From NCBI GenBank assembly GCA_965221955.1, contig CBDCTA010000018.1, positions 128,001-192,000 on the forward strand: DNA of 64,000 nucleotides. Reading direction: 5' to 3'. Below are positions 50,522 to 60,580 of this stretch, piece after piece. Made by a program: the position numbers and the translations under genes. Each line of letters begins with the position of its first letter. Positions within the stretch are counted from its first letter, which is position 1. The notes beneath the pieces are model-generated. The model worked only from the letters and a program-made list of their open reading frames with translations. It made no database searches and was not told the origin of the DNA. This DNA comes from Gammaproteobacteria bacterium. Lineage in GTDB: Bacteria; Pseudomonadota; Gammaproteobacteria; UBA4575.

Positions 50522-51640
50522 TTAAAATGCTTTTTGATACCCAAACGTGAACACCCAATCCGTTTCTAATTGCGGCCCATTTAAGTGTTGATAGATCGGG
50601 GCTCCAATTTCAAAAGCCACACGGTGCCCCGCCAAGACTCCAGTTTGCCCAAGCAAATTAACACCAAACAAAAGTTCGACTCGCTCACCGCCTTGATTAT
50701 TCGGATCTGCAGTTTGCACTGGAGCGACAATATCAAGATTTTGGCCATCAATTTTATCTATTGTTTGACCTGCGATTCGTGCAGAAGTACTAATCCATGG
50801 TTTCCATAGATAACTCCCCCAGGCAGTGATGTGATGTTCATCGCCCAAGCTATAGTCTTTATAGTTCTCATCTTCCAGACGAATCACCCCAGAATATTGC
50901 GCCCCCCACCCCATGTTTCCAGACTTACCGGCATAAGTAATACCTGGTAAGAAATCAAAAGTGCCTGAACCTAATTGCATAGGATAAGGTAAAGTCAATT
51001 TAGGCATGGTCCCTAACGGAGTTAACACATCATCTTCTTCACTAATTGATCCTGTTGGTAAACTGATTCCAGCATTCAAATGAAAATGATGCGTATCATC
51101 TTCATACAAACGAAACAAACCACTTAACTTGGTATCTCCAAACCCACTTGAACGTGTAGTAAAACTACCGCGAACCGTCGTACCCACAGGTCCCATATAC
51201 GTAATGTGATCCATTTCTTTTTTTATATAAGAGGTCATCAACATTAAGGTTACCCAGTCAGTAGGTGCATACATTGCTCCCAACATATGCATATCCATCG
51301 TCATCTGTGTTGGCACAACCCTTAATGTCGGCGGTTGCATAGGTTGCCCAAAAAATGGATTCGCAACGGTAGTTACAATTTCATCAGGGTTAATACTGCT
51401 TGTACCATCACGACTATTTTTCATTTCCATTCGCATATAACGGTAGGAAACCATCCATTCTCCCTTCGCGTGCATATGATCGCCCATCACCTCGATAGGC
51501 GCATGACTATCTGCTGTATGTGCACCATGACTGCCAATACTCATATTCACTGGCGGATGCTGATGGTTATCTTCACCTGCATTCACTATGCCTAAAAGTA
51601 ATAGATATATAACTGCAATTTTATATTTAGATATGCACAC
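50522..51640 (-). CDS. His/Met-rich outer-membrane beta-barrel transporter-like protein
   Basis: Signal peptide, HQHPP..HGAH..HAPIEVMGDHMH, YMRMEM, MTMDMHM and LPYPMQLGSGT; C-terminal F; RBS AAGGAG. Confidence 0.75.
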   Translation of the reverse strand: MCISKYKIAVIYLLLLGIVNAGEDNHQHPPVNMSIGSHGAHTADSHAPIEVMGDHMHAKGEWMVSYRYMRMEMKNSRDGTSSINPDEIVTTVANPFFGQPMQPPTLRVVPTQMTMDMHMLGAMYAPTDWVTLMLMTSYIKKEMDHITYMGPVGTTVRGSFTTRSSGFGDTKLSGLFRLYEDDTHHFHLNAGISLPTGSISEEDDVLTPLGTMPKLTLPYPMQLGSGTFDFLPGITYAGKSGNMGWGAQYSGVIRLEDENYKDYSLGDEHHITAWGSYLWKPWISTSARIAGQTIDKIDGQNLDIVAPVQTADPNNQGGERVELLFGVNLLGQTGVLAGHRVAFEIGAPIYQHLNGPQLETDWVFTFGYQKAF

Positions 51641-51705
51641 TCACTTAACTCCTTAAAGAAATTATTGTTATGCAGATATTTTATGATGAATTTTTATAAG
51701 CAATG

Positions 51706-51722
51706 TGCGACATAGTGTCGCA
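51706..51722. promoter_or_regulatory. RegA/PrrA/RegR-type binding box
   Basis: TGCGAC-ATAGT-GTCGCA perfect inverted repeat matching GCGNC-N5-GNCGC, in the divergent promoter before regB-regA. Confidence 0.75.
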
Positions 51723-51824
51723 GCCAGTACAGACAATCGAACTAAAAAGAGATATTTCCGTAATCCCTTTATGGATGGGTATCCCATAAAGCGCTTAATA
51801 TTGATTTATAATCTGCGTTGAATA

Positions 51825-53117
51825 ATGAATACAAAAACCATGCAAACCCTTAACAATTCTTTACATCAAGAACATCGCATTAATTTACGTTTATTAGTTT
51901 GGTTACGAGTTTTTGCGATTGCAGGTCAATTTGCAGCCGTTTATTTTGCTAGCCATATACTTGGCATCGAATTACAAGTCAAAACGCTATATTCATGGAT
52001 TGGCATCTATACTCTAATTAACGTTCTCACTTTTTTACGTATATATAGCAATATTGAAATTCGCCGTAGTGAATTTTTTATTCATCTACTAATAGATATT
52101 TTTATACTAACGATCTTATTCAAATTTTCTGAAGGCGGGGCTAATCCTTTTGTCTCGCTTTATTTAATTCCTTTAACCATTTCCGCCATTACCCTTCCCA
52201 GCATTTTCACTTGGGCCTTGGCAGCAATTACCATTTCCTGCTATAGCCTTTTAATGTGGGTGTTTAGTCCCATGAACGAACATAGCTTCCATGCACATAA
52301 TTTTGATGTACACGTCACTGGCATGTGGTTAGGTTTTGTAATCAGTGCACTGATAGTCGCCTTTTTTGTTGTAAGGATGGGCCGTACTATTCAACAACAA
52401 CAAAAACGACTTTCCGACCAAGAAACCCAGGCCTTACAAAACGAACAGCTTGTAAAACTTGGCACTATAGCTGCAAGCACGGCTCACGAACTTGGCACCC
52501 CACTTGGCACGATGCAACTTGTGGTTGAAGAATTAGCAGAAGACGAAAATATTAATAAAAATAGTTACCAGCTCAATACACTTAAAACCCAAATTAAACG
52601 CTGCAAAGATGCACTATCCATTTTATCTGCATCAGTAGGTAGTGCACCTCTTGAAAAAGGTGAACCCATGTTGATTCATAGTTTTTTCAGTGAATTAGTA
52701 CAAGATTGGCAAGATTCTCGCCCCGAAGTAAATATTAAAACCTCATGGCAAGGTGAAACACCCGGACCAAAAATCATCGCAGAACGTTCACTTAAACAAG
52801 CAATTAAAAATATTCTCGATAATGCAGCAAATGTTTCCCCTGAATATGTAAATTGTGAGGCAGTACTAGAATCACATACATTAAAACTTCTGGTAACGGA
52901 TCGTGGCCCTGGACTTGATTTAGATGATTCAGAAAATATTGGTCAACAACCGTTTATCCAATCACATAACAACCAGTCCAAAGGCTTAGGTTTAGGTTTA
53001 TTTTTATCACATGGAATTGTCAAACGTTTTGGTGGCAAAGTTTCATTAAAAAATAGCAGTAAAGGAGGGCTACAAACTACTATATTGCTACCCTTACAAA
53101 ACCTAGTCGTAACATGA
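51825..53117 (+). CDS. regB: RegB/PrrB-type membrane sensor histidine kinase
   Basis: LVWLR, GGANPF (GGxxNPF), AHELGTPL, QIKRCKDAL conserved Cys, DRGPG and GLGLGL. Confidence 0.85.
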   Translation: MNTKTMQTLNNSLHQEHRINLRLLVWLRVFAIAGQFAAVYFASHILGIELQVKTLYSWIGIYTLINVLTFLRIYSNIEIRRSEFFIHLLIDIFILTILFKFSEGGANPFVSLYLIPLTISAITLPSIFTWALAAITISCYSLLMWVFSPMNEHSFHAHNFDVHVTGMWLGFVISALIVAFFVVRMGRTIQQQQKRLSDQETQALQNEQLVKLGTIAASTAHELGTPLGTMQLVVEELAEDENINKNSYQLNTLKTQIKRCKDALSILSASVGSAPLEKGEPMLIHSFFSELVQDWQDSRPEVNIKTSWQGETPGPKIIAERSLKQAIKNILDNAANVSPEYVNCEAVLESHTLKLLVTDRGPGLDLDDSENIGQQPFIQSHNNQSKGLGLGLFLSHGIVKRFGGKVSLKNSSKGGLQTTILLPLQNLVVT

Positions 53118-53648
53118 ACACAAAAAAATTATTAATCATTGAAGATGACGATGCATTCTCTTCAACATTAAGTAATGCACTGGAGAAAAAAGGTTTTACT
53201 ACATGTATTGCAGATACTATCGACAATGCGCTCGAATCTACAAACACATTCAACCCTGATTTTGCTTTACTAGACTTACGCTTGGGAAAAGATTCTGGTC
53301 TAAAAATCATTCCCAACCTTATAGAACAGAATTCAAATATAAAAATAGTAGTGTTAACAGCTTATGCCAGCATTGCTACTGCTGTTGAAGCAATCAAACT
53401 TGGTGCGATTCAATATCTAACCAAACCCACTAGTAGTGACGAAATCATTCAGGCTTTTTTTAAGAGTAATGGGGGATACCCAACAACAAATCGAATCTAA
53501 CCCCATGTCCGTTAAGCGTTTAGAATGGGAACACATACAGAAAGTTTTATGTGAAAATGAAGGCAACCTCTCTGCCACTGCACGTGCACTAGGCATGCAT
53601 AGAAGAACATTACAAAGAAAATTAGGCAAAAGACCTGCAAAGTCTTAG
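53114..53648 (+). pseudogene. regA: RegA/PrrA response regulator split by one +1 frameshift (possibly sequencing error)
   Basis: REC part (IEDD, LLDLRL, LTAYASIATAVEAIKLGA, YLTKP) and HTH part (PMSVKRLEWEHIQKVL...SATARALGMHRRTLQRKL) are in different frames; junction at GGGGG 53471-53475. Confidence 0.88.
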
Positions 53649-53953
53649 CTAGAAACTACGCGCCAACCAAGCCCGCTCCTCATAAGAAGGAGAATTAGCT
53701 TCACTCAAACCGTCACTCAATACTATAAGTGTGCCACTGCATATATGTGGTGTTTATGGCCAACTTTAACTGTAAAAAAATACATAAAAAACAGCCTATT
53801 AGCATCAAAAAATGACTACACCAACCCTCTATCGACTCAACCATTACTAGGAACTTACCTCCTATATTCTTTATAGATCTCAACCCTGCCAACAAGCTTC
53901 AGGAATATTGGCTGCCGCCGATATAACCCATTAACTCAACAAGAATTTACGAA

Positions 53954-55904
53954 ATGGCAACTTCCAATCTTCCTGACAATCCACGCTTTCGCCTGGGTTT
54001 CCGCGACACCTTTCGGATCTTATGGCCTTACGGTAAACGAAAACTTTATGAGCCAGATTGAAGGAATTTGGTTTATTGTTTTTTACCTTATTATTTTCCA
54101 GCTACTCGTCTTACAGCTACCCATTGTATATGCCGCAATGATTGCCGTTGGAATATTTATTGTGGCACTTGGCTTGATGTTCTTCATGGAAGGGCTACGG
54201 CTGGGATTAATGCCACTTGGCGAAATCATTGGTAGTGTTTTACCACGTAAAAGTGGTATGCCACTTATTTTGATATTCGCTTTTTTACTCGGTGCAGGCG
54301 CAACATTTGCAGAACCTGCAATTGCAGTTCTAAAAGCAGCAGGCAGCGGAGTACGTGCTAGCGAAGCACCATTGTTATATAGCTTGCTAAATGATTTTTC
54401 TAGCCAGCTTGTAAGCAGTGTTGGTGTCGGTGTAGGACTTGCAGTGATGCTTGGCATACTTCGTTTTTTCTATGCATGGCCACTCAAGTATCTTGCCATT
54501 CCCGCAGTGATGGGATTACTTGGATTATCGTTTTATTTTAGTCAGGTACCAGCACTACGTGATGTGTTAGGCCTAGCATGGGACTGCGGCGCGGTTACAA
54601 CCGGGCCGGTTACAGTGCCTTTAGTGTTAGCACTTGGAATTGGCGTTTGTCGTGTTGTTAGCAGTGGCTCAGGCGGTGGCGGCGGACACTCAGGATTTGG
54701 AATTGTCACCCTAGCCTCTTTATTCCCAATTCTTGCCGTTTTGTTACTCGCATTATTCCATTATGCCAGTAACGACTATTATGGCGCTTCAAATTACAAA
54801 GGAAACAAAATTGTTGAGACGAAAACCGTAACTACACTCGATGATACTACATCACTTGATTCAAAACTCGAAGCCATAACAGAAGAAGAGTTTTCTACTT
54901 ACTTAAAAACAGGTGCTTTGCCAAATAGGTATGAATTAGATTTTGATGGAGGCAAAGCAGAACTCGTAGACGGAAAAATTGTTATTACAGATCCAAATCT
55001 TGTCGTGAAAAAGATTTACTCACGTGATTTTAAATTGATTAGTGAAAGCACTTGGGATGAAAATTATTCAATTTCAGATCAGTTACGGGAAGCTTTCGTT
55101 GGTGCATTACGCGCAATAATTCCTTTATGTTTATTTTTATATTTTGTCTTACGTCTAATACTGAATCAACGTTTAGATAAAGGAAATGACGTAGGAATCG
55201 GGGTTACTTTTGCACTAGTAGGAATGGCTTTATTTGGATTAGGGATTGCCCTTGGCCTCACTCCACTTGGTGGACAATTAGGAAGCAATATACCGCTTGC
55301 ATTTGCTGAAATTGTTCCATGGGGATTTGAACATGTTGAAGGACCATTGTTTGGCGATGGCCATGCAGGAAAATTAGTTGCAATAGGGTTTGCATTTTTT
55401 TTAGGCTATGGAGCAACCCTAGCAGAACCTGCTTTAAATGCATTGGGTGATACGGTTGAGCGTATAACGGTTGGCGCATTTCGCAAAAAACTTCTCATGC
55501 AAGCAGTTGCTATAGGTGTAGGTTTAGGAATTGCTGCAGGTATTGTGAAAATGGCCTACAACTTACCTTTAATTTGGATGCTAATCCCGCCATATGCCTT
55601 AGTCCTTCTTTTAACTTGGCGCGCACCAGACAGCTTCGTTAATTTTGGTTGGGATAGTGCCGGCGTAACGACTGGCCCTATAACAGTGCCTTTAGTTTTA
55701 GCCATGGGTCTTGGTGTAGGCGCAAACATACCTGGTGTAAGTGATGGATTCGGAATTCTAGCACTCGCATCTGTTGGACCGATTTTAACGGTACTATCTG
55801 TTGGACTATACACACAAAGAAATGAGAAAAAAGCTGAGAAAGAAAACTTACCTGACCCAGGAATTGAATTAGATAGCGATTCTACAGAATTAGGAACAAC
55901 ATAA
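53954..55904 (+). CDS. Double DUF1538 membrane transporter-like protein (probable frameshift near 54032)
   Basis: Two repeats of ATxAEPA...WDxxxVTTGPxTVPLVLAxG. The upstream ATG 53954 frame MATSNLPDNPRFRLGFRDTFRILWPY is 1 nt out of frame with ORF 54048. Confidence 0.8.
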
Positions 55905-55906
55905 TT

Positions 55907-57109
55907 ATGTTTAATACTAAACACGAAATATCACATATTACTGCTGTATTACCTACGAATTCAGCAGACACTGTCGTGAGCACACTTACTTCAAGAGAAG
56001 TAACTGATGTTTTAGTCTCACAAGCTCGCGGCACGTTACTTCGTGATCATTGGTGGAAGTCTTGGGTACCGCCTATTAGCCCTTCTAAAACCATGTTACA
56101 GATGGTTGTACCTGTACACGATGTTGACCGTGTTGTCGGATTAGTTATTGAAGAAGGAAAGTTAGACATGCAAGCATCTGGGGCTGTTTTTAGCACACCC
56201 TGTGAAAGTGCATACGTAGGTTCTTTGTTTCACAATTTACGCACAACTGAAACATTAGAGATCAACAATAATTCACATAAGCTTTCTGAAAATCTCTGCG
56301 CAATCTTCTGTAGCATTAGCCATGTGCAAAGCGATCGTGTAGCAAAAGCCGCAATCAATGCTGGCGCACATGGTCCAGTTGTTTATTACGCTGAAGGAAA
56401 AGGTCTACGAGACCGTCTTGGCTGGTTACGCATCACAAAAGATAGCGAACAAGAAGTTATGATGGTGCTTGCCGATAATTCCGATGTAGAGGAAATATTC
56501 ACAGCAATGGCTAAAGCTGGAGAATTTCATTTACCTGCACGTGGGTTCATGTATAGCCTACCTATCGATAAAGGCATGTTTAATTTGCCAAGTAGAATCG
56601 CTAATCCACATTACCCTGCTAATACACAGCAAATAATTCATGCCATTGACCACTTAACAGGTCATACTCATTGGCGGGATCAAGCAGTTTTCGATGTTGG
56701 TGGAGAAGGCAAAGGCACTGGTCTTAAGTTTTTACAACAAAACAAAGAATCCTTAACGAATCAAGTATGTTTCTCAGCTGTAGTAAATCGTGACCAATCA
56801 CAAGATTTTATGGATTTGATGTTGGATTCTGGCGCACCTGGTCTTAATGTTAGTTATTCACGATTTGTAGCTATGGGTGACGATGACTATGAACTCGCAC
56901 ATGCAAATGTAAATCATGAATATGCAACGATTCGTTGCATTACTAATCAAAAAACTGCTGACACAATTACACAAAAAATAGAGTCAAGTGCAGAACAAAA
57001 AGGAATTCAAGATCTTTGTGTTCTAACACATGCCGTGCCACGTATCGCAAAATATGTACCTGGTGAAAAAGATCATCGCAAAAACCCAAAATTAGCGATG
57101 GCTTCATAA
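55907..57109 (+). CDS. Multi-domain P-II-like protein
   Basis: Three ~100 aa ferredoxin-like units (ITAVLP...ARGT; KAAINAGAHGPVVYYAEGKG...; DLMLDSGAPG); 2 nt downstream of the DUF1538 gene. Confidence 0.6.
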   Translation: MFNTKHEISHITAVLPTNSADTVVSTLTSREVTDVLVSQARGTLLRDHWWKSWVPPISPSKTMLQMVVPVHDVDRVVGLVIEEGKLDMQASGAVFSTPCESAYVGSLFHNLRTTETLEINNNSHKLSENLCAIFCSISHVQSDRVAKAAINAGAHGPVVYYAEGKGLRDRLGWLRITKDSEQEVMMVLADNSDVEEIFTAMAKAGEFHLPARGFMYSLPIDKGMFNLPSRIANPHYPANTQQIIHAIDHLTGHTHWRDQAVFDVGGEGKGTGLKFLQQNKESLTNQVCFSAVVNRDQSQDFMDLMLDSGAPGLNVSYSRFVAMGDDDYELAHANVNHEYATIRCITNQKTADTITQKIESSAEQKGIQDLCVLTHAVPRIAKYVPGEKDHRKNPKLAMAS

Positions 57110-57322
57110 ATGCTGCTTTAGCTAACGCACAATAGCTAAAGTACATTTCATATTTATCAGCTCATGAGATAACTAACTTATAACTTCTTATACTTCATTG
57201 ATTAACAAGCAGAATACGATACATTTTATTTTGACATATAGATTGTTATCCATGATTTAAGTAGTAGACAGAAATTTAAATATGTTAGTTTTGAATTCAA
57301 GCAAAACTTTCGATGCAATAAA

Positions 57323-57583
57323 TTAATTTAGAATCCAGTTAAAGATCGCTAAACACCAAGCAATAGATAACAATACTAGACTGACAAAAACTGCCGCTGA
57401 ACTAATATCCTTACTCGCTTAGATAACTCGTGAGATTCAGTGCTAATACGATCTACTACCACCTCAACGCATGTATTAAGCAATTCAACAATTATCACAA
57501 GAAACACTGTGAACATTACCAGACATAGAATTCAAAAAAGCACTATGAATTCTTTTAAATCCTATATTTGGAGTGGTTTCCAT
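57323..57583 (-). pseudogene. dgkA: Diacylglycerol kinase remnant (internal deletion plus frameshift)
   Basis: METTPNIGFKRIHSAFLNSMSG jumps to VIIVELLNTCVEVVVDRISTESHELSKRV, then a -1 shift to (K)DISSAAVFVSL. The EAAFRQE/TM1 segment is missing. Confidence 0.8.
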
Positions 57584-57610
57584 CTTTAGTGTTTTTTCGG
57601 TTTCTAATTT

Positions 57611-59557
57611 CTAATTATAAGTTTCATCTTTGTACATCATGCTTGCCCAGAGCGCATGAGCCAATGCTGTACGGCCCAGTTCATCTAAATCTTCACTAAC
57701 ATTAGGTGTAAAAAATGTATCTATATATTTACCCTTTAGAGGCATCTTTCCGGGTCTCAAAACTACTAACGAATCGCCTTCTAGATAAGCTTGATGGTCA
57801 TTGAACTGCATAATGGCTCTACCTACGTACAGTTCATCCACCATTGTCAAATCAGTACCAATCATTGGGTTATTTGAACTTACCCCAAGTAAACTAAGCA
57901 GAGTTGGTGGTAAATCAATTTGGCTTGCCACACTATTAATTATTTTTGGCTGAACATCACCGCCAAGAATTAAACCTGGTATCCGGAACCCTTCGACAGG
58001 AAAATACTTAACACTTTTTTCTAGATTATCTTGGTCAGTTTTAATAATAAAGTCTGATACCCTCTGATCGTGATCGGCCACTATTAAGAAATATGTATCT
58101 TTCCAATAGCTAGACTTTTTAGCTTTTTCTAAAAATCCCCCTAGTGCTTTATCCGCATAACGGATAGCATTTTCGCGAGACTTTATTGGATTAGTGAAAC
58201 TATCATCTAAACTGACAGGAAAATCAAAAGGCGTATGATTAGAGGTAGTTAATACAACAAGTAATTTTGGTTGATTCGTATTTTGTGTAAGATCTTGATG
58301 CATACGTTGGAAGACATCTTCATCAGACACACCCCACGAACCTATAAACTTTGGATTTTTATAATCTTTCTGCTCAATAACTTTATGGAATCCATTCCCA
58401 AGAAAAAACCCTTTCATATTATCAAAATGCGCATTACCACCATAATAAAATTGGTTTCGATAACCATATTTACGTAGCAATGAAGCCAAGGTGAAAAAGT
58501 TTGATTGAGAATTTGAAAGTTTTACTACACTGCGACCTGGTGTAGGAAGAAAACCTGTAATAACCGCTTCAATCCCGCGCACTGAACGAGTTCCGGTAGC
58601 ATATAAGTTATTAAACCACCAACCTTCATCAGCAAGCTTATTTAAATTAGGTGTTAACGCCACCCCACCCAGTCTTTCTACATACCTTGCGCCCAAACTT
58701 TCTTCGAGAATAATGACCAAGTTTTTGTATTCATTTTCAATCTCAGTATTTTCAATATTATTTATCGCATTAATATTATTTTTTATATATTCATCATTCA
58801 CATAAGTAAGTATTTCCTCTCTAGTAAGATCTCCATAAACGTCACTTGCATTAGCCTCATCTTTAAGGCGGTAAACTGCGTACAGAACAGAATAGAATGA
58901 ATTGAGCGGCAAACTGTTTACCAAAGCATCGTCAGTAAAGGCGACCATACTTGGATTGATAGGTCGGTGATCAACGCTAGAACGAATACATGCAAATATA
59001 ACAAACAATATGATGGGGAAAATCCAAATAAACCGCTTATTATGCCAAGTACTTAAATCAGTATATGTGTGCTTAACTAATCGATATAAAAATGGGATAA
59101 CTATCCCTAACACACCCAGAATTATAACCGTTGCAATTCCATACATACCCCACAACATTAATAAGACTTCTTTTGGATCTGTTAGGTATTCAAAAAACTT
59201 ACGCTCTGGTCGCACCCCATACTCAATCATGTAGAAAGGAGTAATAATCTCAATAAACACCAGCACCATTGCAATGGCAACCGTCCAATAAATGAATATG
59301 GTTTTAAAAGGCCTTTCGATTGGCTTAATAAAAGTGTGTAAAATCGAATATAAAATAATTGGTACACCAAACACATACGCCATAACCACCAGGTCTATTC
59401 GTATACCATTTAATAAAATAGACAGTAGTTGTTGGTAGCTATCCAGATGATCAGAAAAGATAGAGGTATGAACAAACCTGGCTACTGAAAGGAAGGCTAG
59501 TAATACTATGCATATATATATGTAAGGATAAATTGGCCCTAAAGCGCGTTTCCACAC
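57611..59557 (-). CDS. LTA synthase/OpgB-like membrane sulfatase-fold phosphoglycerol transferase
   Basis: N-terminal TM helices, IILEESLG, ATGTRSVRG, TTSNHTPF, YADKALG and VADHD. Confidence 0.88.
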   Translation of the reverse strand: MWKRALGPIYPYIYICIVLLAFLSVARFVHTSIFSDHLDSYQQLLSILLNGIRIDLVVMAYVFGVPIILYSILHTFIKPIERPFKTIFIYWTVAIAMVLVFIEIITPFYMIEYGVRPERKFFEYLTDPKEVLLMLWGMYGIATVIILGVLGIVIPFLYRLVKHTYTDLSTWHNKRFIWIFPIILFVIFACIRSSVDHRPINPSMVAFTDDALVNSLPLNSFYSVLYAVYRLKDEANASDVYGDLTREEILTYVNDEYIKNNINAINNIENTEIENEYKNLVIILEESLGARYVERLGGVALTPNLNKLADEGWWFNNLYATGTRSVRGIEAVITGFLPTPGRSVVKLSNSQSNFFTLASLLRKYGYRNQFYYGGNAHFDNMKGFFLGNGFHKVIEQKDYKNPKFIGSWGVSDEDVFQRMHQDLTQNTNQPKLLVVLTTSNHTPFDFPVSLDDSFTNPIKSRENAIRYADKALGGFLEKAKKSSYWKDTYFLIVADHDQRVSDFIIKTDQDNLEKSVKYFPVEGFRIPGLILGGDVQPKIINSVASQIDLPPTLLSLLGVSSNNPMIGTDLTMVDELYVGRAIMQFNDHQAYLEGDSLVVLRPGKMPLKGKYIDTFFTPNVSEDLDELGRTALAHALWASMMYKDETYN

Positions 59558-59710
59558 GAATACTTAACCTCATCACTAACGACAGAAAAATTGGTTTGTA
59601 GTCACTCATGAGCTCTAGCATTAGTGACTAGAGATAAGTGGTTGAAACTAATGAGGATAATTTATCTTTAGATGCTCTTAAGCTGCTATGTGCATGTGCC
59701 TAAATCATTA

Positions 59711-59772
59711 TAGACATATGTCTAATGTCCCTTGCACTCAAAGAGCTTTATCATTAGACATTAGCTCATGAT
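59711..59772. promoter_or_regulatory. Repeated palindromic operator candidates
   Basis: TAGAC-ATAT-GTCTA (59711-59724) and TAGAC-ATTA-GCTCA (~59755-59768) in a divergent promoter. Confidence 0.45.
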
Positions 59773-59832
59773 CGAAAATCATCTGTTAAAAATACTCAGC
59801 CTTTTAATATTGAGAATAGGTAGATATAGAAC

Positions 59833-60378
59833 ATGACAACAGTCTCAAACAGACATGATAAAAATATAGACCTTGCTTCCCATATTGTGAAATTTCGATC
59901 TGGCAAAAAATTCAGTCTAAGTTACTTATCACTCATAGTATTAATAATTGCAGGTATTTTTTTCATAGAAGACATATATATTGATATTTTCGTTGAAGGA
60001 AAGGGATTTCCACATGTCTTTATTGAATCCGGTGTATTCATTAGCATATGTCTAGTACTGGCACTGGAAGTCAGACATGCAATCAAGCTATCTTCAACAA
60101 TTTCTAATATTCAAGATGAAATTTTTCGGCTTAAAAAACACTTAAACGAATTAATTTATGAAGAGTTTGATCGCTGGAAATTAACTAAAACAGAACAAGA
60201 TATCGCCATAATGTTAATCAAGGGTTATTCAATGCAAGAAATTGCAGAGTTAAGGGGTGTGAAAGAAAAGTCTGTGCGACAACAAGCTACGGGGATTTAT
60301 TCAAAAGCAAACTTATCAAATAGATATGAGCTTACATCTCATTTTATTGAAGATTTACTCGCAGTTCCGACAAGTTAA
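59833..60378 (+). CDS. Membrane-anchored LuxR-type transcriptional regulator
   Basis: Two TM helices, then FDRWKLTKTEQDIAIMLIKGYSMQEIAELRGVKEKSVRQQ HTH. Confidence 0.85.
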   Translation: MTTVSNRHDKNIDLASHIVKFRSGKKFSLSYLSLIVLIIAGIFFIEDIYIDIFVEGKGFPHVFIESGVFISICLVLALEVRHAIKLSSTISNIQDEIFRLKKHLNELIYEEFDRWKLTKTEQDIAIMLIKGYSMQEIAELRGVKEKSVRQQATGIYSKANLSNRYELTSHFIEDLLAVPTS

Positions 60379-60580
60379 AAAATTCAGACTCAGCTTTTAC
60401 ACGCAAGCCTATTATAAATAAATATTGACAGACTTATGACGAACTTGTTGTGCTTTGTTATGCACACAAAAGAAATTAAACGTTGCGATCGCCCAATGTG
60501 TTTTAATAAAAACAATTACTTATTTTTGAAATCTGGATCTTTGAGTCGTACTACTGCTGGACAATAGTTGTGAATATTTA

